From contig CAWCKH010000004.1 in assembly GCA_963796055.1 (NCBI GenBank), positions 3,104,001 to 3,168,000 of the forward strand: 64,000 nt of DNA, read 5' to 3'. Position 1 is the stretch's first letter. Each line of letters starts with the position of its first letter. Of the stretch, positions 56,305 through 64,000 are shown piece by piece. The stretch comes from an uncultured delta proteobacterium (GTDB taxonomy: Bacteria > Myxococcota > Myxococcia > Myxococcales > Myxococcaceae). The translations under genes were made by a program, and so were the position numbers. Under the pieces are notes generated by a model. It was not told where the DNA came from and did no database searches. It worked only from the letters and a program-made list of their open reading frames with translations.

Positions 56305-57540
56305 TCAGGGGCTCGGCGGTGAGGCCCGGCGCTCGTCGCGGCTCGTGCGCAGCGCCGCGGGGGTGGACCGCAGCTCGGCCAGCGTCTGCCCCAGCCGGGC
56401 CATGCCGAGCTCGATGTTGGCGACGCTCTGGTTGGAGAAGTTGAGTCGCAGGAAGCCGTGCTCGGGCGGGCCGACGAAGAAGCCGCTTCCGGGGACCACG
56501 GCCACCGCGTGCTCGATCGCCGCGAGGAACACCTCGTCGTCGCGCAGGCCTGATGGCAGCTCGAGCCAGAGAAAGAGGCCGCCGTCCGGTCTCGACCACC
56601 GCGTGCCGGCCGGCATGCTGCGCTCCAGGGCGCGGAGCATCGCGTCGCAGCGCCGGCGGTACTCGGCGCGGATGGCCTCGAGATGTGCCTGGTAGTCGAA
56701 GGTCTCCAGCAGCTCGACCACCGCGTGCTGGGTCAGGGTGGCGGTGTGCAGATCGCAGGCCTGCTTGGCAATGGTCAGGGTGCGAATGAGCGCCTTGGGT
56801 CCGTGGATCCAGCCGAGCCGCAGCCCGGGGGCGAGGGTCTTGGAGAAGGTGCCGAGGTAGAAGGTGAGCCCGTCGGCGAGCGCGGCGATGGGCGTGGAGG
56901 ACGTTCCGCGGAACCGCAGGGCGCCATAGGGGTCGTCCTCGAGTACCGGGACGCCGTGGCGGGTGGCCACCCGGGTGAGCTCGCGCCGGCGGCTCTCGGC
57001 GAGCGTGGTGCCCCTGGGGTTCTGGAACTCGGGCACCAGGTAAATGAGCGCGGGCCGGTGCGCGCGCACGGCCTCCTCCAGCAGCTCGGTGCGAAGGCCG
57101 TCGTCGTCCCCCGGGAGCGCCACGACCTTGGCCTCGCAGGCGGCGAACGCCTGAAGGGCGGCGAGGTAGGTAGGGTTCTCGACCAGCACCGTGGCGCCGG
57201 GGTCGAGGAGCACGCGGGACACGAGGTCGATGCCCTGCTGGCTGCCGCTCACCACCATCACGCTCTCGGCCGTCGCCGGGATGCCCTGGCCGCGGAGCCG
57301 CGCCGCCAGCCACTCCCGCAGCGGGAGGAATCCCTCGGTGATGCCGTACTGCAGCGCAGCGCCGGGGTTCTTCCGCAGCGCCGCCTGGTAGGCCTGGCTC
57401 AGCGCCTCGGCGGGAAAGAGCTCCGGCGCCGGCAGGCCTCCAGCGAAGGACAGCACGTCGGGCCGCTCGGCCACCTTGAGGATCTCCCGGACCGCCGAGG
57501 GCACCACACCCCGCATTCGCCTCGCAGTCTCGATGCTCAT
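56305..57540 (-). CDS. PLP-dependent aminotransferase (class I/II, LysN/ARO8-like)
   Basis: SFAGGLP, GSQQGIDL, FQNPRG, EDDPY, GTFSKTLAPGLRLG. Confidence 0.92.
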   Translation of the reverse strand: MSIETARRMRGVVPSAVREILKVAERPDVLSFAGGLPAPELFPAEALSQAYQAALRKNPGAALQYGITEGFLPLREWLAARLRGQGIPATAESVMVVSGSQQGIDLVSRVLLDPGATVLVENPTYLAALQAFAACEAKVVALPGDDDGLRTELLEEAVRAHRPALIYLVPEFQNPRGTTLAESRRRELTRVATRHGVPVLEDDPYGALRFRGTSSTPIAALADGLTFYLGTFSKTLAPGLRLGWIHGPKALIRTLTIAKQACDLHTATLTQHAVVELLETFDYQAHLEAIRAEYRRRCDAMLRALERSMPAGTRWSRPDGGLFLWLELPSGLRDDEVFLAAIEHAVAVVPGSGFFVGPPEHGFLRLNFSNQSVANIELGMARLGQTLAELRSTPAALRTSRDERRASPPSP

Positions 57541-58001
57541 GGCGCCGACTCCTTCCTCGGCGCGACGTGGGTCTCTTCCTTCACCGAGCAGAGGACGATG
57601 GTGGTGTAGGTCCGGGTGACTCCGGGCAACGTGCGCAGCTCCTCCGTCAGCAGACGGTCGAGCGTTCCGGTGTTCTCGGTGCGCACCTTGAGGAGGTAGC
57701 TGTCCTGGCCAGCCACCCGATGGCACTCGAGGACCTCTTCCAGCCCCATCACCTTCTTGGCGAAGCCGTCGAAGTACCTGGGGTGCTCGATGCCCACCCC
57801 GATGAAGGCGGTGATGTCCTTGCCGAGCTTCCGGGGGTCCACCTTGGCCGTGTAGCCGGTGATGATCCGCTGCTCCTCGAGCTTGCGGATGCGGTCAGCC
57901 ACCGAGGGCTGCGAGAGCCCCACCTTCTTGGCGATCTGCGCCTGGGTGAGCCGCGCATCCGCCTGGAGCAGGTCCACGATGCCGGCGTCCACGTCGTCCA
58001 T
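57537..58001 (-). CDS. Lrp/AsnC family regulator
   Basis: IVDLLQADAR..VGLSQPSVADRIRKLE..ECHRVAG. Confidence 0.93.
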   Translation of the reverse strand: MDDVDAGIVDLLQADARLTQAQIAKKVGLSQPSVADRIRKLEEQRIITGYTAKVDPRKLGKDITAFIGVGIEHPRYFDGFAKKVMGLEEVLECHRVAGQDSYLLKVRTENTGTLDRLLTEELRTLPGVTRTYTTIVLCSVKEETHVAPRKESAP

Positions 58002-58080
58002 GGAAACCGCATATTGCGCCGGCAGCTCGGATATTCAATAGGAGAAATAGGAGTCAGCCTATACATTATCGGTAAGTGAG

Positions 58081-58578
58081 CTACTGGACGGCGGCGGCCG
58101 TCACGGTCGGCGACTGCCTCCGGGGCGCCCGGAGAGCCAGGATCGACGTGCCCGCGACGTGCAGCGCAGCGCCGAGGAGCACCACGTCCTTGAGGATGAA
58201 CCCTGCGCCGTCGTTGTCGGGGGCGAGGAGCCCGGGCGTGCTGGCGAGGAAGGACAAGGTGGTCAGGAAGGTCCCGGTGGCGACGAGTCCCCCGATGGCC
58301 CCCAGCCGTGGCCACCAGGGCGCCAGCAGCAGCCCGAGCGCCGCGGCCAGCTCCACCACGCCGATGAGCGCCGAGGCGGCCCGGATGCTGAACAACGCGT
58401 ACAGCCAGCCCACCAGCGGCGAGTGACTCACCAGTGGCTGGATGGCGTCGGCCTCGAACTGGAAGAACTTGAAGGTGCCGAAGAGGGCGAGGAGGAAGGC
58501 CAGGCCGATGCGGAGCATGGCGTCTCCGAGGGTCTGGATCCGTTGTCCGCGTCGCGGGTCGAGCAGGTGGGGGGTCAT
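58081..58578 (-). CDS. DUF417 (YkgB/RclC) family membrane protein
   Basis: KFFQFEADAIQPLVSHSP, TTLSFL..TPG, FILKD. Confidence 0.88.
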   Translation of the reverse strand: MTPHLLDPRRGQRIQTLGDAMLRIGLAFLLALFGTFKFFQFEADAIQPLVSHSPLVGWLYALFSIRAASALIGVVELAAALGLLLAPWWPRLGAIGGLVATGTFLTTLSFLASTPGLLAPDNDGAGFILKDVVLLGAALHVAGTSILALRAPRRQSPTVTAAAVQ

Positions 58579-58750
58579 CCGAGCGGCCTCCTGCCGGTGA
58601 GTACGCCCACCCCCGCGGAGGGGTTACTCCGGCAGGTGCCGTCACCCTGAATGACAAGCAAACGGGCTCTCGAAGGGGCCGCGTCACCTCCACCCACTCC
58701 CGGTCATCACTTCGGGCGGCTTCATCCCACGGGGCCGAACTGGAGCGGAC

Positions 58751-60148
58751 ATGCGTGCCGGGTGGACGAGGGTGGTGGTTCTCGGAGGATTCCTGATCGC
58801 GGCCTTCTGGTGGATGGGATGCAGCGGTCGAGCAAGCGTGGACCCTGCCACCCTGGCCTCTGCCCGGAGCGAGGAGCAAGAGCACGACGCGTCGGGAGCG
58901 AACGACAAGGATGGGAACGGCCGGCTCGATGGCCTGTTCCGGGATGCGATCGGGACCCTCCGGGAAGGGCGGCGCACGTTCCGCTTCGACACCTTCGGCG
59001 ACGAGGACTTCTGGGGCGGGCAGCTCCGGATTCACGAAGCGATCGAGGGTGCCCGCCTGGGCGGGGTCGGCGCGGGCGTGGGCCCGAAGGCAGCGCTCGC
59101 GGTCGGCCTGAAGGTGGACGTCGACGCGCTGCCACGCGCAACCATTCGCGCGTTGAAGGCGGGAACGGTGGACCTCGACGATCCCGCGGTGACCGTGGCG
59201 CTCCTCACCAGCAACGCCGTCCTGGGCGTCACCGGATTTCCGGATGGAAAGGGCGGGCTCCGGTCCATCGGCATCCAGTGCGCGCTGTGTCATTCGACGG
59301 TCGACGACTCGCTCGCCCCTGGCATCGGCCACCGGCTGGACGGCTGGCCCAACCAGGATCTGAACGTCGGCGCCATCGTCAACCTCTCGCCGGATCTCAG
59401 CTCCGTGGCCGCGCTCCTCGGCGTGCCCGAGGACACCGTGCGCCAGGTGCTCCTGGGTTGGGGACCAGGCAAGTTCGACGCCGAGGTCTTCCTGGATGGG
59501 AAGGGATTCCGTCCCGACGGACGATCCGCAGCCACCCTCATTCCCCCGGCGTTCGGTCTCGCCGGAGTGAACCTCCACACCTGGACCGGGTGGGGTTCGG
59601 TGACGCACTGGAACGCGTTCGTCGCCAATCTCGAGATGCACGGGAAGGGGACCTTCTTCGACCCCCGGATCGACGACCCGACCCGGTTCCCCGTCGGGGC
59701 GAAGAACGGTTTCGGGCACGTCCGGAACGATCCGGATCTCATCACCCCCAAGCTCGGTGCCTTGCACCTCTACCAGCTGGCCATCGAGGCTCCCCCTCCT
59801 CCTGCATCCAGCTTCGATGCATCCGCGGCGGTGCGCGGGAAGACGCTGTTCACCGGACGTGCACGGTGCTCGGAGTGCCACGTTCCGCCGCTGTTCACCG
59901 AGCCGGGGTGGAACCTCCACACCCCGGAGGAGATGGGCATCGACGACTTCCAGGCGAACCGCGCACCCGACGCGCGCTACCGGACGACGCCGCTCAAGGG
60001 GCTGTGGACCCACATGCGGCGCGGGTTCTACCACGACGGTCGGTTCGCGACGCTCCGTGACGTGCTGGCGCACTACGACGCGCGTTTCTCGCTCGGGCTG
60101 TCTTCCGCCGAGAGGAGCGACCTCGCCGAGTACCTCAAGTCGCTCTGA
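58751..60148 (+). CDS. exported di-heme c-type cytochrome (cytochrome c peroxidase-like C-terminus)
   Basis: CALCH and CSECH; YRTTPLKGLW..FYHDGRFATL; N-terminal lipoprotein-like signal. Confidence 0.8.
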   Translation: MRAGWTRVVVLGGFLIAAFWWMGCSGRASVDPATLASARSEEQEHDASGANDKDGNGRLDGLFRDAIGTLREGRRTFRFDTFGDEDFWGGQLRIHEAIEGARLGGVGAGVGPKAALAVGLKVDVDALPRATIRALKAGTVDLDDPAVTVALLTSNAVLGVTGFPDGKGGLRSIGIQCALCHSTVDDSLAPGIGHRLDGWPNQDLNVGAIVNLSPDLSSVAALLGVPEDTVRQVLLGWGPGKFDAEVFLDGKGFRPDGRSAATLIPPAFGLAGVNLHTWTGWGSVTHWNAFVANLEMHGKGTFFDPRIDDPTRFPVGAKNGFGHVRNDPDLITPKLGALHLYQLAIEAPPPPASSFDASAAVRGKTLFTGRARCSECHVPPLFTEPGWNLHTPEEMGIDDFQANRAPDARYRTTPLKGLWTHMRRGFYHDGRFATLRDVLAHYDARFSLGLSSAERSDLAEYLKSL

Positions 60149-60209
60149 CGGCGCGCCAGGTCGACCCGCATCCGATCACCATCGCCCGCGCCCTGCTCCG
60201 GCCCCAGCG

Positions 60210-61064
60210 CTAGGTCGGGATCGCTCTCAGCGCGAGGGTGTCGAAGTGCGCGTCCGGGTCCTCCATCCATTCGCGCAGCACCTTGGCGATCCGGGCGGCA
60301 TGGACCCCGTCGATGACGCGGTGATCGATGGTCGCGTTCACGCTCATCGCCATCCGGACGGCAGGCACACCGTTCTCCACCAGCACGTGCTCCCTGGCCT
60401 CGCCGAGGGCGAAGAGCATGGGCACGCGCGAGAACGGGACCAGCGGCGCATAGGCCGTGTCGAGGCCCAGGCTCCCGACATTGGTGATCATCAGGCTCCC
60501 GAAGGGATCCGAGGCGATCCCCAGAGCGCGTAGATCCAGGTTCAAGGTGAAGCTGAGGAACGAGAGCACCTTGAGAAACGCGTTCAGGAGGAGGAACGGG
60601 ATCCGCTGGAACGTTCCGCGCGTCTTCTCCAGCGCAGGATCTTTCCGTTCGCGGACCAGCCTCACCTTGGTCTCGAACTCGTCGACGATCTCCAGCAGCG
60701 ACTTCTGCTCGACGTCGTACAGCGTCGCGCCGGAGAGATCCGCCTTGCCCTCGCCTTCATCCGTCATCAGCACCTGGAAGAACACGCCGATGCGTTGCCG
60801 CAGGTAGATGCGGTTCCAGCGGAGGATGGCGTTCGCCTCGGGGCAGGCCTGGAGCGCCATCGCCGAGGCCTTGGCCATCAGATGGCTGACGGTGAGCCGA
60901 CGACCGGTGCACGCCCGAAACCGGGCGATGTAATCGAGCGCCCGGTCCATGCGGAGGAGGAGCGTGCCGTAGATGGAGGGGTCGTACGCCGTCTCCCACG
61001 TGCCGAGCGCGATCTTCCGGAAGGACGAGAGTTCCTTCAGCCTGACCAGGGAAAGGTTCGGCAT
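60210..61064 (-). CDS. 2-oxoacid dehydrogenase E2 catalytic-domain-only acyltransferase
   Basis: ITNVGSLG, TIDHRVIDG; no lipoyl or E3-binding domain. Confidence 0.85.
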   Translation of the reverse strand: MPNLSLVRLKELSSFRKIALGTWETAYDPSIYGTLLLRMDRALDYIARFRACTGRRLTVSHLMAKASAMALQACPEANAILRWNRIYLRQRIGVFFQVLMTDEGEGKADLSGATLYDVEQKSLLEIVDEFETKVRLVRERKDPALEKTRGTFQRIPFLLLNAFLKVLSFLSFTLNLDLRALGIASDPFGSLMITNVGSLGLDTAYAPLVPFSRVPMLFALGEAREHVLVENGVPAVRMAMSVNATIDHRVIDGVHAARIAKVLREWMEDPDAHFDTLALRAIPT

Positions 61065-61197
61065 GAGCTCGACCGTACACCCGGTCCGCACGCAGGCCGC
61101 CGCCTCGCGGGGCTGCCGGCGGGTGTACGCCCTCGGTCCAACTGGCGCCGCTCCCGCGGCGGTGCCCACGCGGGAACGGCCGTTCTCTCCGGTGTGA

Positions 61198-61953
61198 TCA
61201 GCGCGCCGTGAAGCCTCCGTCCACCGTCAGGACCTGCCCCACGACGAAGCGCGCCTCGGGTGAGGCCAGGTAGAGCACGGCCTCGGCGACGTCCTCCACC
61301 GCCCCGGGGGTGCCCGCCGGCACCGTCGCCTTGGTGACCTCCCGGAGGGCCTCCAGCGAGCCGAATGCCCGCGCCGCCATGTCGGTCTCGATGGGCCCGG
61401 GAGCCACCGCATTCACCCGGATTCCCTGGGGGATGAACTCCATCGCCGCCGCGCGGGTGAGCGCGCTCACCGCGCCCTTGCTCCCCGAATAGATGCTGAA
61501 GTTCGGAAAGCCGGCCTCGGCGGCCACCGAGCTGTTGTTGACGATGTTTCCCTTGGTCTTCGCCAGGTGGGGGAGGGCGTGCTTCATCGCCAGCCAGGCG
61601 CCGCGGACGTTGACCCCGAAGGTCTCGTCGAAGTCGGCGGCACTCAGCCCGGCGATGGGGCCGTTCTTGCCCTCGATGCCCGCGTTGTTGAACAGCACGT
61701 CCAGCCGTCCGTACTCCTTGACCGTTCCGTCGATGGCCGCCTGGACGTCGGCCTCCTTCGCCACGTCGGCGCGGATGAACTTCGCCGTCCCGCCGGCCTT
61801 CTGGATGCCCTGCACCACCGCCACGCCCTGGTCCTCTCGCCGGGCCGAGACCACCACCGTGGCCCCCTCGCGGGCGAATGCCTCCGCCGCCGCCCGGCCG
61901 ATGCCAGCGTTTCCGCCCAGCACCAGCACCACCTTGGAATTGAAGCGCTTCAT
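61198..61953 (-). CDS. SDR family oxidoreductase
   Basis: GGNAGIG, NNAG, YSGSK, PGPIET. Confidence 0.94.
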   Translation of the reverse strand: MKRFNSKVVLVLGGNAGIGRAAAEAFAREGATVVVSARREDQGVAVVQGIQKAGGTAKFIRADVAKEADVQAAIDGTVKEYGRLDVLFNNAGIEGKNGPIAGLSAADFDETFGVNVRGAWLAMKHALPHLAKTKGNIVNNSSVAAEAGFPNFSIYSGSKGAVSALTRAAAMEFIPQGIRVNAVAPGPIETDMAARAFGSLEALREVTKATVPAGTPGAVEDVAEAVLYLASPEARFVVGQVLTVDGGFTAR

Positions 61954-62026
61954 GACCTGTGCTCCCTCGTCACCCCCCGGAGCGAAAGGCCCCGGGACCG
62001 GATGCGGCGTCTTGGATGCGGATATT

Positions 62027-62040
62027 GGAACGAGCGTTCC
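62027..62040. promoter_or_regulatory. putative TetR operator
   Basis: GGAACG-AG-CGTTCC inverted repeat between the divergent SDR and TetR genes. Confidence 0.6.
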
Positions 62041-62099
62041 GAAACATCTGTGTGACGAGAGCTGCCGCCCGGATATCCGGGAGTTACAATCCGGGCGTC

Positions 62100-62726
62100 A
62101 TGGCCAGGCCGCGTGAATTCGACCTCGACGAGGTGCTCGACCGGGCGACGGAGCTCTTCTGGACCCGGGGCTACGAGGCGACCAGCGTTCAGGATCTCGT
62201 CGACGCGCTCGGCGTCAACCGCGCCAGCCTCTACGCCACCTTCGGAGACAAGGCCCAGCTCTTCGAGGCGGTGCTCCACCGCTACGGCGAGCGGGTCAAC
62301 GGCGCGCTGACGGAGGTGCTCGCCGCTCCGGCGACCGGAGCGGAGGGGGTCCGGGCCTGGTTCAAGGTGCTGATCGAGAAGGCGACCCAGCCGGGCGGCC
62401 CGCGAGGCTGCCTGATGCTGAACACGCTGACCGGCTGCACCACGGTGCCCGAGCCGCTGATGGAACGGGTGGTTGCCGGCGTGCGGGCGTCGACCGAGCG
62501 CCTCCACGAGGCGCTGGTGCGCGATCCCGAGCTGGCGGCCCGGGAGAATGTGCGGACCCTGGCGCGCTTCTTCGCCGCCGAGGGGCACGGGCTGGCGGTG
62601 CTGGCCCGCGCCGGCGTGCGCCGCGCCGAGCTGGAAGCGGCGGCGGAGGTGGCGCTGCGGGTGCTCGAGCCGACCCCTGCTCAGGGGAGGAGAGGACCTG
62701 CGGTGAAGCCCTCCGGGCACGGGTGA
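62100..62726 (+). CDS. TetR/AcrR family regulator (NemR/ComR-like)
   Basis: MARPREFD..FWTRGYEATS..GVNRASLYATFGDK..GCLMLN. Confidence 0.93.
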   Translation: MARPREFDLDEVLDRATELFWTRGYEATSVQDLVDALGVNRASLYATFGDKAQLFEAVLHRYGERVNGALTEVLAAPATGAEGVRAWFKVLIEKATQPGGPRGCLMLNTLTGCTTVPEPLMERVVAGVRASTERLHEALVRDPELAARENVRTLARFFAAEGHGLAVLARAGVRRAELEAAAEVALRVLEPTPAQGRRGPAVKPSGHG

Positions 62727-62787
62727 TCGGACGCCCCGGCGCCTGACGAGAGAAGCAGCGAAACCGTCACTTGCGCGCCGGTGCGCG

Positions 62788-62826
62788 TGCGTATAGATAT
62801 GCAGGCTCAATGCATAAGTATGCCAT
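62788..62826 (+). promoter_or_regulatory. tandem ARG boxes (ArgR operator)
   Basis: CGTATAGATATGCA (62790-62803) and TGCATAAGTATGCC (62811-62824), 21 bp apart start to start, overlapping the argC ATG. Confidence 0.75.
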
Positions 62827-63874
62827 CGGGGTGGTCGGGGCCTCCGGCTACTCCGGCATCGAGCTCTGCCGCGTCCTCGCCGCCCACCCGGGGGTGGAGG
62901 TCCGCTTCGTCGCCAGCGACCGGTGGGAGGGCGCCACCGTCCGGGCGAAGACCGGCCTCGGCGGGCCCGTCGGCGCCCTGGCCTACGTTCCGAACGTCCA
63001 GGCGTTGAAGGCCTCGGAGGGCTGCGCGGCGGTGCTGCTGGCCACCCCGGCCGAGGCGTCGCTGGAGCTGGCGCCGGCCCTGCTCGAGCGCGGGGTGAAG
63101 GTCATCGACCTCTCGGGCGCCTTCCGGCTCGCCGACGCCGCTGCCTACCCGCGGCACTACGGCTTCGAGCACCGGCTTCCGGCGCTGCTGGAGTCGGCGG
63201 TGTACGGGCTGCCGGAGCTCGTGGACCGCAAGGCCATCGCCTCGGCGCGGCTGGTGGCCAACCCCGGCTGTTACCCCACCGCCGCGGCCCTGGCCCTCGT
63301 GCCGCTGCTCCGGGCGGGGCTCCTCGCCGACGAGTCCATCGTCATCGACGCCGCGTCGGGCGTCTCCGGAGCCGGGCGGCAGGCCTCCGAGGCTTACAGC
63401 TTCTGCGAGGTCGCCGACGACGTCCGGCCGTACAAGGTCCTCCGGCACCAGCACACCCCCGAGATCGCCCAGTCGCTCGCCCGCGGGGCGGGCAGGGCCG
63501 TGCGCCTCACGTTCACCCCGCACCTGCTTCCCATCAGGCGAGGCATCCTCTCCACCGCCTCGGCGCGGCTCGCCCCGGGCGCGGCCCCTGGCGCGCTGGC
63601 CGAGGTGCTCCGCGCCGCCTACCGGGACGAGCCCCTGGTGGAGATGCTCGAGACGCCGGAGCAGGTGTCCATCGCCAGGGTCGTCGGCACGCCGCGCGCC
63701 GCGGTGGCCGTCTCCGCCGCCGAGTCGGGCTTCGACCCGGGCCGGGTGGTGGTCGTCTCCTCCATCGACAACCTCCTCAAGGGTGCCGCGAGCCAGGCGG
63801 TGCAGAACCTCAACCTCGTGCTCGGGCTCCCCGAGCGCACCGCGCTCGAGCCGAGCCCCGGAGTCCGCTCATGA
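62810..63874 (+). CDS. argC: N-acetyl-gamma-glutamyl-phosphate reductase
   Basis: GASGYSG, DLSGAFRL, ANPGCYPT, SGVSGAG, HQHTPEI, DNLLKGAA. Confidence 0.96.
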   Translation: MHKYAIGVVGASGYSGIELCRVLAAHPGVEVRFVASDRWEGATVRAKTGLGGPVGALAYVPNVQALKASEGCAAVLLATPAEASLELAPALLERGVKVIDLSGAFRLADAAAYPRHYGFEHRLPALLESAVYGLPELVDRKAIASARLVANPGCYPTAAALALVPLLRAGLLADESIVIDAASGVSGAGRQASEAYSFCEVADDVRPYKVLRHQHTPEIAQSLARGAGRAVRLTFTPHLLPIRRGILSTASARLAPGAAPGALAEVLRAAYRDEPLVEMLETPEQVSIARVVGTPRAAVAVSAAESGFDPGRVVVVSSIDNLLKGAASQAVQNLNLVLGLPERTALEPSPGVRS

Positions 63875-64000
63875 TGGTGCAGGGCTTCCGGTTCGCCGGG
63901 CTCCATGCAGGCATCAAGCCGGCGAAGAAGGACCTGGCGCTGGTGGTGAGCGACGTGCCCGCCTCGGGCGCCGGCTGCTTCACCATCAACCGCGCTCAGG
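63871..64000 (+). CDS. argJ: glutamate N-acetyltransferase ArgJ, 5' end (runs off the window)
   Basis: MMVQGFRFAGLHAGIKPAKKDLALVVSD...GCFTIN; ATGA overlap with argC. Confidence 0.85.
   Translation, partial: MMVQGFRFAGLHAGIKPAKKDLALVVSDVPASGAGCFTINRAQ

Noticed and set aside
58002..58080. sRNA or riboswitch in the AT-rich stretch (AATAGGAG twice)
   Set aside because: Better explained as the promoter/operator region of the Lrp-family gene; no stable structure or terminator.

Overview
High-GC bacterial chromosome segment, most likely Myxococcota (myxobacterial gene set and order). Core blocks are metG(3' end)-tatD ... gap-pgk-tpiA-secG-tRNA-Leu(GAG); serA; a Ser/Thr kinase-MerR-like-asgB-like-purH-TPR-purD-lptFG-waaL-GT-GT-wbaP(wcaJ) LPS locus; and argC-argJ with tandem ARG boxes. 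Right after tRNA-Leu(GAG) lies a decayed accessory region (~15.05-24.3 kb). It holds an integrase stub, several spliced gene fragments, an orphan Hcp-like protein with a signal peptide, and a compact array of 11 structurally atypical tRNA genes (16474-17461) that the ORF track does not show. The array sits behind a 56-codon leader ORF, mutually exclusive RNA hairpins (1:2, 2:3, 3:4) and an intrinsic terminator, i.e. a candidate ribosome-stalling attenuator controlling a reserve tRNA operon. This is the most interesting element in the window. Four single-base +1 frameshifts in three otherwise intact genes suggest possible assembly errors. All calls were made by eye; no searches or folding programs were run.
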